From Syntrophales bacterium (GTDB taxonomy: Bacteria; Desulfobacterota; Syntrophia; Syntrophales; UBA2210): a DNA stretch of 64,000 nucleotides. Under the pieces are notes generated by a model, which was not told the origin of the DNA, ran no database searches, and saw only the letters and a program-made list of their open reading frames with translations. Position 1 is the stretch's first letter, and each line of letters opens with the position of its first letter. Positions 39,772 through 49,536 of the stretch are shown piece by piece. The DNA is taken from positions 224,001 through 288,000 of the forward strand of contig CAXXNF010000002.1 in NCBI GenBank assembly GCA_963666365.2, in the 5' to 3' direction. The position numbers and the translations under genes were made by a program.

Positions 39772-41106
39772 ATGAGCGAGGACGTGCCGAATAAAGGCGC
39801 GCAAGGGGGGATAATGTTGAGTCCAGGTCGGGAAGGCAGGATATACTACGGGTGGTTTATAGTGATGACTGCCTTCATTGCCAATTTCATGGCAATCGGC
39901 ACCAGCTACTACATTATGAATGCCTTTATGGAACCGCTCTGTGAGATGCACGGCTGGAGCCGGACCGATATCAACATTGCCCTCATGCTGGGGATGCTGA
40001 CGAGCTTTGCCAGTCAGTTTCTCTGCGGAACCCTTGTGATGAGAATCGGTCCCCGCAAATTGATGCTTGTGGGTCCCGTTTTTTCAGGCATTGCCTGTAT
40101 CTTGCTCGGCTATGCCGACAGTCTGTGGCAATTTTCATTTCTCTACATTCTGCTTCACGCAGGAAGCATGTCCTTCGGCGGGGTCGTTGCCAACACGGCG
40201 GTCAATAACTGGTTCGTGTTGAAAAAGGGGAAAGCCATGGGCATTGCCGGCGCCGGCATATCCTTTTCGGGCGCGGTACTGCCCCTCGTCGCCATGGCAT
40301 TGATTCTTCATACCACCTTAGGGGAAGCCTTTTTCTGGATAGGCATCGCGACGATGCTTGTGGGGCCCTTTGCCTGGCTGGTAGTGAGGGACTGGCCGGA
40401 GCAGTTCGGCCTGGCGCCTGACGGCATAGATCGAGAACTCGCGCAATTAGTGGATCCGCCCGGACAGCCTGCACGTTCGATCGGGTCGACTGCTTCATCC
40501 GATACCGTCCCCTTCCCGGGAGTATGGCGGATTTCTCAATTAGTGAAAACCGGCGCCTTCTGGAAGGTAGGCATGTCCTTCGCGCTTATTCTGATGGGCA
40601 TCGGGTCCGTTATGTCGCAGCTCAAACCGCGGTTTGTCGATATCGGATTCGATGATGTCACGGCAATGATGATGATGGCGGCTACGGCATTTCTCGGCGC
40701 CATTGCAAAATATGTGTGGGGGATGCTCTGTGATCATTTCGAACCCCGAAAGGTGGTGGCCTCTTTGATGTCGCTTATCGCCTGCGGACTTGTTGTGGGG
40801 CTTTTGTCCCACTCCCTCCCGGCAGTGATTTGTTTTATCATTCTCTTCGGATTTGCGATGGGCGGGGTCATGTCCACCTTCCCGATCATAGTGGCTGACC
40901 TCTTCGGACGCGAGTCATTCGCCGCCGTCTTTCGCTACATAGCGCTGTTTCTGATTCTCCAGATTACGGGATTTCTTATCGCTGGCCAGAGTTATGATCG
41001 AACCGGTTCCTATAATTGCGCCTATATTATCTATGCGGCCCTTGATGTTATTGCCGTATTTCTGATTCTTTCGGTAAAACGACCGATTCGAAGCGCGCGC
41101 ACATAA
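39772..41106 (+). CDS. MFS transporter (MCT/OFA-like)
   Basis: YYGWFIV, GWSR, WFVLKKGKAMGIA, ADLFGR. Confidence 0.9.
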   Translation: MSEDVPNKGAQGGIMLSPGREGRIYYGWFIVMTAFIANFMAIGTSYYIMNAFMEPLCEMHGWSRTDINIALMLGMLTSFASQFLCGTLVMRIGPRKLMLVGPVFSGIACILLGYADSLWQFSFLYILLHAGSMSFGGVVANTAVNNWFVLKKGKAMGIAGAGISFSGAVLPLVAMALILHTTLGEAFFWIGIATMLVGPFAWLVVRDWPEQFGLAPDGIDRELAQLVDPPGQPARSIGSTASSDTVPFPGVWRISQLVKTGAFWKVGMSFALILMGIGSVMSQLKPRFVDIGFDDVTAMMMMAATAFLGAIAKYVWGMLCDHFEPRKVVASLMSLIACGLVVGLLSHSLPAVICFIILFGFAMGGVMSTFPIIVADLFGRESFAAVFRYIALFLILQITGFLIAGQSYDRTGSYNCAYIIYAALDVIAVFLILSVKRPIRSART

Positions 41107-41122
41107 CCGCCCCCCCCGGGCA

Positions 41123-42022
41123 TTACCGTGCGTGATCCGCGATGGCGCCGATTACCCTGTCCCACACCGGCTCGGGGAGGGTATGTCCACCCCCTTCGAT
41201 GATCATCAGTTGCGCCCCCGGAATTGCCTCCGCCGTATCGATTCCGCATGCCACCGGCAAGAGAGGGTCTGCGTCGCCGTGAATGACGAGCGACGGCACT
41301 TTGATGGAGCTAAGTGCGTTTTTTCTGCTTCCCGAGGCGTTGATCGCCGCAATTTGCCGCGCAATGCCCGGGGCATGGTTCCCCCGGTCATAGGTAAGTT
41401 CCGCATACCGCGCGACTCTTGTTTCATCAACGGGGAATCGCCCGTTTAGAATTTTCCACATAGTGAAAAAATAATCGATAAATCCCGCTCTGTCCGACGG
41501 GGGAGGTACGGTAATAACGGACAGGGCCTCCGGCGTGGGGGGGGGGAGGGCAGGGTTGCCCGTGGTTGAGGACATGGAAGTGAGCGTTCTGACGCGGTCG
41601 GGACGGTTGAGCGCCATGGTCTGGCCGATCATGCCCCCCATTGAAAAACCTACAATATGGGCGGATTCAATTTCAAGACCGTCGAGAAGACCGAAAGTAT
41701 CATCGGCCATATCGGAAATCAGATAGGGAACGGAGACCTGCTCCCCTTGCAGCAGCGCTGTCAACAGGGCTGCAATATTCGGAACGCCTGCCGCATCGAG
41801 TTTTGTCGAGCGGCCGATGTCTCGATTGTCGAACCGCAGTACGTAATATCCTCGTGAGGCGAGGGCGCGACAGAAATCGTCGTCCCACATGATCATTTGC
41901 CAGCTCAATCCCTGTATCAGGAGAAGCGGTTCCGCATTCCGGTTTCCAAATGTATCATAGACAAGGGTGATGCCGTTGGTCGCGATGCTCTTTTCGGGAG
42001 AATGGGATATTTCGTTCGCCAT
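41123..42022 (-). CDS. Alpha/beta hydrolase (LipG-like esterase)
   Basis: RFDNRDIGRS, GFSMGG, IHGDADPL, GGGH; GGAGG RBS. Confidence 0.9.
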   Translation of the reverse strand: MANEISHSPEKSIATNGITLVYDTFGNRNAEPLLLIQGLSWQMIMWDDDFCRALASRGYYVLRFDNRDIGRSTKLDAAGVPNIAALLTALLQGEQVSVPYLISDMADDTFGLLDGLEIESAHIVGFSMGGMIGQTMALNRPDRVRTLTSMSSTTGNPALPPPTPEALSVITVPPPSDRAGFIDYFFTMWKILNGRFPVDETRVARYAELTYDRGNHAPGIARQIAAINASGSRKNALSSIKVPSLVIHGDADPLLPVACGIDTAEAIPGAQLMIIEGGGHTLPEPVWDRVIGAIADHAR

Positions 42023-42149
42023 GGGGCCTCCGTTCTTCGGTTTCAATACCGGTGGATTATAACCTTATTTTTTTTGTAACGCAATCGCCGTGATGCTGTG
42101 ATATGAAAGGCGATGTGGCGTAGCCCTTCCCAGGTGCGGGAGATCTTTT

Positions 42150-42179
42150 TTGACTTTTCAAGACTTCGGCTCCTATAAT
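42150..42179 (+). promoter_or_regulatory. Sigma70-type promoter for the nucleotidyltransferase gene
   Basis: TTGACT-18 nt-TATAAT. Confidence 0.55.
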
Positions 42180-42213
42180 AAAGGCATATTTAATAAAAGG
42201 GTGGCGATATCTT

Positions 42214-43221
42214 TTGCATCAGACAGATCACATCTACCGTACAGTCGAAAAAATCATATCACCGATCTATGAAGTGGGTGGGTCCGTGCGCGACGGGTTG
42301 CGGGGAGTAGAACCGGCGGACTTCGACTTTGCCACGCCACTCAGTCCCGATGCAATCGAACAGTGTATAAGAGCGCACAACCGGCGCCCCTTTTTGACGG
42401 GAAAGCGCTTCGGCACTATCGGCTTTAAACTCGAAGGTCTGCTGGTGGAAGTCACTACCTTCCGGGTGGAACGGTACCGTGAAGGGACGCGAAACCCCGA
42501 AGTGAGCTTCGTGAGAGACCTTGTGGAAGATTTGGGCAGGAGGGATTTCACCATCAATGCAATGGCCAGGGAGGGCGGCCGACTGATCGATCCTTTTGGA
42601 GGCCGGGAAGATTTAGAGGCCCGGAGTATTCGGTGTGTCGGGAATCCGGCATTGCGCTTTAAGGAAGATCCGCTGCGTATGCTCAGAGCGCTCAGATTCG
42701 CGGCACAATTGGGGTTTGAAATCGAAGAGACCTCGAAAAGAGCGATTGCCCGATGGGCGCACCGCATCCTGCAGGTGAGCAAGGAACGGTGGGTTGCGGA
42801 GCTGGACAAGATGCTGTTAGCCAAAGACTGCGATAAGGGCCTGAGGTATTTCATGAATACGGGCCTTTGCCGGTTCATTATACCTGAGCTTTCTTTACAG
42901 AATGGGTATGACCAGAGAAGCGCCTATCATGCGCGTACCCTCTGGGAACATACGATGGCCGTCACGGTATCTGTTCCTGCGGATATTCATATGAAGTGGG
43001 CCGCCTTACTCCATGATATCGCAAAACCCTTCGTGCGAATTGACAAAGAGGATCGCAGCACCTATGAGAAGCACGATCTTCTCGGATATGAAATGGTCCG
43101 CCGTTTGGGTGCGTACCTCCGGTGGTCAAACCAGAGAATAGAAGAAGTGAGTGAGCTGGTAAGGGATCACATGCGGGACACAAGCCCGCTCCGCAGTGCT
43201 GATAACAACTCGAAGATATGA
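42214..43221 (+). CDS. Compact class II CCA tRNA nucleotidyltransferase with HD domain
   Basis: VGGSVRD, DFD, RRDFTINAMA, DPFGG, EDPLRMLRALRF, SKER, LLHDIAKP; TTG start. Confidence 0.85.
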   Translation: MHQTDHIYRTVEKIISPIYEVGGSVRDGLRGVEPADFDFATPLSPDAIEQCIRAHNRRPFLTGKRFGTIGFKLEGLLVEVTTFRVERYREGTRNPEVSFVRDLVEDLGRRDFTINAMAREGGRLIDPFGGREDLEARSIRCVGNPALRFKEDPLRMLRALRFAAQLGFEIEETSKRAIARWAHRILQVSKERWVAELDKMLLAKDCDKGLRYFMNTGLCRFIIPELSLQNGYDQRSAYHARTLWEHTMAVTVSVPADIHMKWAALLHDIAKPFVRIDKEDRSTYEKHDLLGYEMVRRLGAYLRWSNQRIEEVSELVRDHMRDTSPLRSADNNSKI

Positions 43222-43262
43222 ACGGTGCGCAGCCTCACGAGAATTTGTGCGATAGTATCCTC

Positions 43263-43733
43263 CTATTTGCCGCTCTTTTGACAGCTCTCATGAAAGGCTG
43301 TCAACGCTTCACGGATGCTGATTCCTATAGCAGTATAGTCGTCGTCCATCAAGTTTGCCAATGAAACGCGAGCGGGCCATCTGGGACCCGCAAAACCGTA
43401 TCCAGGAAGAAGGACCGTCTTCTTCGTATCGGCAAGATAGAGGAGAAAATCGAGCGGTGAGTAAGTATCTTTCATATAGTCGGAGAATTTACTTCCGTAG
43501 CGGGCCTCTGCCATCCGCCCGATGTCTATCAACGCATAATAGCTCGTCTTGTCCGGACCTTCAGGTGGTGTGGAGGAAATAGGCCTGCAGAGATTGCCGA
43601 TTCTCCGCTTGAGGATTTCTTGGATTGATTCTTTGTAGGTTTTTTGTACGTCCAGCAGTTATAAAAGAGAGAAGAGGGCCATTATACACTGTTGTGGTGT
43701 GGAGAGACCGCCGAAGACCGCGGAGGTAGCCAT
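43263..43733 (-). pseudogene. 3' remnant of aspartate 4-decarboxylase (AsdA) with an internal stop
   Basis: Minus frame reads GGLSTPQQCIMALFSLL*LLDVQKTYK...YYALIDI...VLLPGYGFAGPRWPARVSLANL; TAA at 43659-43661; the N-terminal part including the PLP lysine is absent. Confidence 0.8.
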
Positions 43734-44070
43734 TCTATTTCAGGACTGACACGCATTTAAGCTCTCACGTGTGAAAGCTCATCTGTAAATAAAACGGGGG
43801 GCTGCTTAGAGTATTCTCTTTCCAGGTGGCAGCAGGTGTTACCGCCTCCTTTCCATGGATAAGCGGCTCCTCTTGCAGCTGCAGATATGATATTTCCATT
43901 ATTACCCGCAGCATAGCAATGCGTACGTTTTTTTGTCAAACTGTGTTTGTTTATTGAGCGAAAAAGCTGAAAGAAGGTTGACAAAAGAGAAGAGCCCTCT
44001 TACAAGAAGAAAGATAATTGTTCCAGGGGTGAGCGCTCGTTCTCTTAACATTTTGAAAGGAGGGATTACG

Positions 44071-45618
44071 ATGGTACAGTATTTTTCCAAAGTTGTGGAA
44101 GATCACGCGACTGTGAGACCCGATCATTGCGCCTACATCTTCATGGGCCAGGAAACATCCTACAAAACACTGAACGACAATATCAATCAGGTGGCCCAGT
44201 CCTTTCTCGATCTGGGAATCAGGCCGGGCGACCGGATTGCGACTATTCTTCCCCAGTCACCGGCCTTCGTCAATATTTTCATGGCCTGCGCCGCTATGGG
44301 GCTGGTGCTTGTTCCGCTGGATCCCCGCTTTACTGCAGCGGAGATGATCGCCCTTTGCGAGCGGACATCGCCCACACTTCTCGTCACGCTCGCCTATCCG
44401 GAAAATATCAAACAGGCTGCACAGGAACTGATCAAAACGGTTCCCATCGATAATGTTTTCAGTTTCTTCGGCAACTTCGAGGAGGTAAAAAGCAGGTCCT
44501 ATGAAACACTGCTGGAGTCCTCGCCGAAACCGGTTCCCGATGAAATGCACCCTCAGCCCGACGATCCCCTGGTCATTATTTTTACCAGCGGAACAACAGG
44601 GAAACCCAAAGGCGCGCTTATCAGTCATAAAAACAGCTATGCGATTTCGAAAGTGACGGTAGATGCCGGCGGATTCACCCCTGATGATCGAGTATTTTAT
44701 AATATGCCCACAAGCCATGTCGGGGGGACCCACGACCAGATCACGGCGAATCTTCTGGGCGGCGGTACGGCGGTGATCTGCCCCACCTTCAATCCGCAGG
44801 AAATGCTTGAACTTATGGGAAAGTACCGTATCACCGTATTCGGCGGCGTCCCGACAATGTACCGGCTCATCTTCCGGCAGTGCAACGTGAAAGACTACGA
44901 TGTGTCATCGGCGCGTTATGCCATTGTATCGGGTGAGCCGTCGCCGCCGGAGCTGATTTACAAGATCAAGGAAAACTTCCCCAACGCGACAATCGCCGCG
45001 AGCTGGGGAATGACGGAAACGGCGGGATTTTTCACCTTTACGAAACCTGGTGACGATTTGCAGGTGGTGGCGGAAACGGAGGGAACGCCCTGTCCCGGTT
45101 TCGAAATGAAAGTGCTGAAGCCGGACAGCACCTGGGTGGACCGGGGAGAAACCGGCGAGCTCTGTGTGAAAGGCGACAGCGTCATCTCCAGCTACATGGA
45201 TGAGAAGGACAACGAGAACGCCTTTTTCGACGGATGGCTGAGGACCGGAGACCTGGGATACATGGATGACCGGAATTATATGCATTATGTGGGCCGCTCG
45301 AAGGAGATGTACATCAGCGGCGGTTACAATGTGTACCCTCTGGAAATCGAATCGTTCCTTAACGCGCACCCCAAGATAAACACATCGGCGGTGATCGAAG
45401 TGCCCGACGAGCTGTGGGGAGAGCGGGGCATCGCCTTCGTGGCGCCCGAGGAGGGGGTGGAGGTCGCCGAATCGGAGATCATGGGCTATTGCAAGGAAGG
45501 ATTGGCGGATTACAAGCGTCCCAAAAAGATAGTAGTGGAGAAGGACCTGCCGCGGACCAGAGTGGGGAAGGTCGACAAGCAATCCATCAGAAAAGAAATA
45601 GGGCGGTATGTAGATTAG
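44071..45618 (+). CDS. AMP-forming acyl-CoA synthetase
   Basis: FTSGTTGKPKG, WGMTET, WLRTGDLG, GRSKEMYISGGYNVYP, LPRTRVGK; GGAGG RBS. Confidence 0.92.
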   Translation: MVQYFSKVVEDHATVRPDHCAYIFMGQETSYKTLNDNINQVAQSFLDLGIRPGDRIATILPQSPAFVNIFMACAAMGLVLVPLDPRFTAAEMIALCERTSPTLLVTLAYPENIKQAAQELIKTVPIDNVFSFFGNFEEVKSRSYETLLESSPKPVPDEMHPQPDDPLVIIFTSGTTGKPKGALISHKNSYAISKVTVDAGGFTPDDRVFYNMPTSHVGGTHDQITANLLGGGTAVICPTFNPQEMLELMGKYRITVFGGVPTMYRLIFRQCNVKDYDVSSARYAIVSGEPSPPELIYKIKENFPNATIAASWGMTETAGFFTFTKPGDDLQVVAETEGTPCPGFEMKVLKPDSTWVDRGETGELCVKGDSVISSYMDEKDNENAFFDGWLRTGDLGYMDDRNYMHYVGRSKEMYISGGYNVYPLEIESFLNAHPKINTSAVIEVPDELWGERGIAFVAPEEGVEVAESEIMGYCKEGLADYKRPKKIVVEKDLPRTRVGKVDKQSIRKEIGRYVD

Positions 45619-45635
45619 AAAGAAGCGCATGTGCG

Positions 45636-46847
45636 GTGGCGGAGTGGCTGAAGGAGATCGTGGGGCAGGAATGGATTGAAGAAGATCCCGCCGGATACGG
45701 GTCACGAGTGCATCCGAATGACGCCGGGGATGTACGGACCATTCTCATGCATGCGGGAGAAAATGGTACCCATGTGGTAACCGCCGGTGCGGCGCGCCTC
45801 CTTCCTCCGACGGGTAAACCTTTCATCTTGCTCGATTTTTCCCGCCTTAAGGGAATCGAAATTTTCGACGCCGATAGAATCGCCCTTTGCGGCGCCGGGG
45901 TGACGAACAGCACCCTCGAAGCCGCGCTGAGCTCCCAGGCACCGGGGTTAGCCTATTCGCTTCCCGACGAGAAGTCGGCAACGGTCGCGGAAAGCGCCCT
46001 TGGGGCCGATTGCGGGACTCTTGCGGCGGCCTGGGGAACCAACGCCGATATGATCTGCGCGCAGGAACTGGTCCTTGCCAATGGGATGTGCTGTCGGACG
46101 GGTTCGGCATCCATGAATGCAGGCTGGTTTGCACGGGGACCGCTTCCGGATCTTTCCGGCATCACTGTGGGCTGGCTTGATGCCATCGGAGTCGTAACAC
46201 GGCTGTCGATAAAACTCTATCCGAAACCGCCCCTCAGCCTTTTTTTCAGATGCCGGTCCGACGATCCCGAGCGCCTGTCCCACATTGCCGGACGCCTTTC
46301 CCGCACCGAAATCCCCATGGCGCTTACGATCGAGGGGCGCCGAGAAGGGAGGAAACAGAGGGCCTTCATAGAGGCATGCTTCGGCGCCTTCTCGGAAAAA
46401 GAGCGAGATATGAAGTGGAAAATTCTTGCGGACGCCGCCGAAGGATCGATACTCGTTGAACAGGCGGAGAAACTTGACCGGATGACGGACGGCGGCGGCG
46501 AACTTTTCGTCTATCCCGGAACGGTAGGCCGGCTGATGAAAGAAGCCGGCGCGGCAGCGGCTGATGCAGGCCGTGCAGTCTCTTTTCGCATTTCATTTTT
46601 TGATGCCGGACACGGAGCGCTCTTCCGTTTTAATTTCGAAGGGAGCGGAAAAGAATCCGAGCCGTTGAGAAAAATAATGATTCGAAGCATAGGAGAAGGG
46701 GCTGTTCCGCGCAGGCCGGACCGGGAAATGCAGCAGGCACTCATGAAGCACATGAACGCGTCAACAGTGGATATCATGGGCAAGATCAAAAGACGGTTCG
46801 ATCCGAAAGGGATTCTGAATCCCGGCCTCTGGGAGGTGGCGCCATGA
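45636..46847 (+). CDS. Degenerate FAD-binding (PCMH/VAO-GlcD fold) oxidoreductase subunit
   Basis: Aligns to 48031-49434: LDFSRL, WFARGPLPDL, GVVTRL..KLYP, FDPKGILNPG; Gly-rich FAD loop changed to AGAA; start uncertain (GTG 45636). Confidence 0.7.
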   Translation: MAEWLKEIVGQEWIEEDPAGYGSRVHPNDAGDVRTILMHAGENGTHVVTAGAARLLPPTGKPFILLDFSRLKGIEIFDADRIALCGAGVTNSTLEAALSSQAPGLAYSLPDEKSATVAESALGADCGTLAAAWGTNADMICAQELVLANGMCCRTGSASMNAGWFARGPLPDLSGITVGWLDAIGVVTRLSIKLYPKPPLSLFFRCRSDDPERLSHIAGRLSRTEIPMALTIEGRREGRKQRAFIEACFGAFSEKERDMKWKILADAAEGSILVEQAEKLDRMTDGGGELFVYPGTVGRLMKEAGAAAADAGRAVSFRISFFDAGHGALFRFNFEGSGKESEPLRKIMIRSIGEGAVPRRPDREMQQALMKHMNASTVDIMGKIKRRFDPKGILNPGLWEVAP

Positions 46848-48034
46848 ATATGGCGGAATTTCAGGATCTGCTGCACCGCTGTTTCCGCTGCGGATACTGT
46901 AAATTTACGGCTGATTTCGCCCAGTACAACTGTCCCCCTTACCGAAGGTTCCGGCTGGAAAGCTTCTCCCCGGGCGGCAGAATGTGGCTCATCCGGGCAG
47001 TGCAGGCAGGAGAACTGCCACCGGGACAGGGATTTGCGAAAATCCTCTATACCTGTACCATGTGCGGAAATTGCGTCGAAGAATGCCGCTTCAAGTTTCA
47101 TGATGACCTCATGAAAATCATCACGGCGGCCCGCACCGACCTGGTCGAGCGAAGCATCGTGCCTCCGGCGGTAAGAGATTTCTTCAAGAACATCTATACC
47201 AGCGGGAATCCCTGGAAGGCGTCTCAGGAAGAGCGGGGCCGCTGGGCCGAAGAAGCGGGTATTCCTCTTTTTGACGGAAGTCAGGACTATCTCCTGTACG
47301 TGGGGTGCATCGGCTCCTATGACAGGCGCGCCCGGAAGATCGTGCTGGCCCTGGCTGAACTCTTCAGTGAGGGGGATCTCTCATTCGGGATTCTGGGCGA
47401 GCAGGAATCCTGTGACGGAAACGAGGTTTTCCGCATGGGAGAGGACGGCCTCTTTCAGTATCTGGCCGAGCGAAATATCGCCTCCTTCCGCTCGAAGGGG
47501 GTGAAAAAAATAGTGACCCTCTCGCCCCATGCCTTCAATATCATGACCCATGAATATCCGAAACTGGGCGGCGCTTTTGACATTGTCCATTATACAGAGC
47601 TTTTAAGCAAGTTCATTAATGATGGGAAACTCGCGGAACGTTCCCCGGCCCCGCCTCTGCGGGTGACCTATCACGATCCCTGTTTCCTGGGACGGTGGAA
47701 CAGGCGCTATGATGATCCGCGAAGCATCCTTCATGGCCTGCCGGGAGTTTTACTGGTCGAAATGGAGGCGAATCGCGAAAACGCCCGATGCTGCGGCGGC
47801 GGAGGCGGCAATTTTTACACCGATTTTCTCGGAAGCGGCGAAGACAGCCCCGCGCGTTTGAGAATCAGGGAAGCCGCGGCAACCGGCGCGGATAGACTGG
47901 TGCTTGCCTGTCCCACCTGCATGACCATGTTTGCCGACGCCGTCAAGGTCGAGGGGCTGGAAGAACGGCTCGCCGTTCTGGATATCGCGGAACTCCTTCT
48001 AGAGAGGCGGAAAGAGACGGGGGAAAAGCGATGA
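46844..48034 (+). CDS. Fe-S oxidoreductase with two 4Fe-4S motifs and CCG domains (GlcF/HdrD/FadF-like)
   Basis: CFRCGYC..CP, CTMCGNCVEEC, YVGC, SCDG, YHDPC, CCGGGGG, ACPTC. Confidence 0.88.
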   Translation: MNMAEFQDLLHRCFRCGYCKFTADFAQYNCPPYRRFRLESFSPGGRMWLIRAVQAGELPPGQGFAKILYTCTMCGNCVEECRFKFHDDLMKIITAARTDLVERSIVPPAVRDFFKNIYTSGNPWKASQEERGRWAEEAGIPLFDGSQDYLLYVGCIGSYDRRARKIVLALAELFSEGDLSFGILGEQESCDGNEVFRMGEDGLFQYLAERNIASFRSKGVKKIVTLSPHAFNIMTHEYPKLGGAFDIVHYTELLSKFINDGKLAERSPAPPLRVTYHDPCFLGRWNRRYDDPRSILHGLPGVLLVEMEANRENARCCGGGGGNFYTDFLGSGEDSPARLRIREAAATGADRLVLACPTCMTMFADAVKVEGLEERLAVLDIAELLLERRKETGEKR

Positions 48035-49434
48035 ACGAAGATGCCTTCTATGAAAAGCTGACAAAGATCGTCGGAGCGGATTTTGCATCGAACCGCCCGG
48101 AAGAGCTTTTTCTTTATTCCCGCGATTCCGGCGCCACCGTGCCTCGCAGAGCGGATTATGCGACCATGCCGAAGACGGTGGAAGAACTGAAAAGCATTGT
48201 TCTGTTAGCGGGTGAATACTCGGTGCCGGTGGTTCCGCTGGGCGGCGGTCTTACCCTGTCGGCGCTGGCCGTGCCGGTCAGAGGCGGCGTCGTCCTCGAC
48301 CTGAAACGGATGGACCGGATCATCGAAATTGACGAAGAGGCCGGCTATGCCCTGATAGAACCGGGCGTCACCCAGGGGGCGCTCATTGCCTGTCTGGAAA
48401 GGGATCATCCCCATTTGCGCCACTCGGCGCCCGACGCCCCGCCGGCGGCAACCGTGGCGGGAAACGCCCTGATTTACGGTTCGGGACATCTATCGAAATA
48501 CGGCGCCCACTCCGAGATGATCACCGGTCTCGAGACGGTCCTTTCGGACGGGCGGATCTGCCGCATCGGGTCGTGCAGTACCGGCGGGCATTGGTTCTGC
48601 CGGTGGCCGCTTCCCGATCTTTCGTCTTTCTTCCTCAACTGGTTCGGCACCACAGGGATCGTGACAAAGCTGGCATACAAACTCTATCCGCGGCACAGGT
48701 ACCGGGATATGATCCCCTTTGTCGTAGAAGGCCCCGACCGGGTGCCCGAGGCGATCGGAAAGATCACCGCGACGGGGATGATGGAGGACGTGCTTATAGT
48801 GGTGGGAAAGCCGCCCAGGATTCCTTTTCTCGTTGCGATGCTGATCGTCTATGTGACCGCCGACACCGAAGAGGAACTGGCAATGAAAGAAGAGGTGTTC
48901 CGGGAGATGTTTGCCGGCTTCGGCGAGGAGGGTTCGCGGATTATCCATCATGCGAAGGAACTGTTTCCGCCGAAAATCGTCAAAGGGTTCATGGAGGAGC
49001 CGCAATACGCGGCGGCGGCGGCCGATTTTCTCCAGGGGGGCGGCTTCGAGTATCTCGGCATTGCCCTGCCGGTTGCGAAAATTCCCGAGGTATGGCGATG
49101 CGGCATGCAGATAGCCGCCGACTACGGTTTCGATGCGCCCCAGTATACGATAAGGAACATCGGCTGCGGCCATGGCGTGATCTTCGCCATCGGCTATCCC
49201 TTCAACCGCGCCGATGAGGCGAGCATGGAGCGCTCGCGCAAGGCGCTCTATGCGACGAACAGAATGGCCCTGAAGGTGGGTGGGGTGCACTGGAAACCGG
49301 AGCTCGACGGACAGAAATGCATACTTGACAATATCGATACCGGCGCCCGCGCCCTCATGGGAGAGGTAAAAGAGCTTTTCGATCCCGCCTCCATCATGAA
49401 CCCAGGCAACTGGACCGGGGTCGGACCCAACTAA
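48031..49434 (+). CDS. FAD-binding oxidoreductase (PCMH/VAO-GlcD fold)
   Basis: VVPLGGGLTL, LDLKRMDRI, IEPGVT, ATVAGN, GTTGIVTK, FDPASIMNPG. Confidence 0.88.
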   Translation: MNEDAFYEKLTKIVGADFASNRPEELFLYSRDSGATVPRRADYATMPKTVEELKSIVLLAGEYSVPVVPLGGGLTLSALAVPVRGGVVLDLKRMDRIIEIDEEAGYALIEPGVTQGALIACLERDHPHLRHSAPDAPPAATVAGNALIYGSGHLSKYGAHSEMITGLETVLSDGRICRIGSCSTGGHWFCRWPLPDLSSFFLNWFGTTGIVTKLAYKLYPRHRYRDMIPFVVEGPDRVPEAIGKITATGMMEDVLIVVGKPPRIPFLVAMLIVYVTADTEEELAMKEEVFREMFAGFGEEGSRIIHHAKELFPPKIVKGFMEEPQYAAAAADFLQGGGFEYLGIALPVAKIPEVWRCGMQIAADYGFDAPQYTIRNIGCGHGVIFAIGYPFNRADEASMERSRKALYATNRMALKVGGVHWKPELDGQKCILDNIDTGARALMGEVKELFDPASIMNPGNWTGVGPN

Positions 49435-49536
49435 CCCCGCTTCTTCTTCCAGCCGCTGGGGATTTCTTGCCGCGGCATTGAAGATTGAAGTGGTGTTAAT
49501 GAGCATTATTTAACAGTGTACCCGGAAACGACCACT

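Noticed and set aside
45414..45635. Gly/Arg-rich N-terminal extension of the flavoprotein ORF
   Set aside because: It overlaps the acyl-CoA synthetase in another frame; similarity to the paralogue starts only near 45636.
48490..49506. Long antisense ORFs (338 aa here; also 16092-17009, 20062-21072, 57101-58051, 60441-61361)
   Set aside because: They lie opposite well-supported genes, have no recognisable motifs and are explained as codon-bias shadows.
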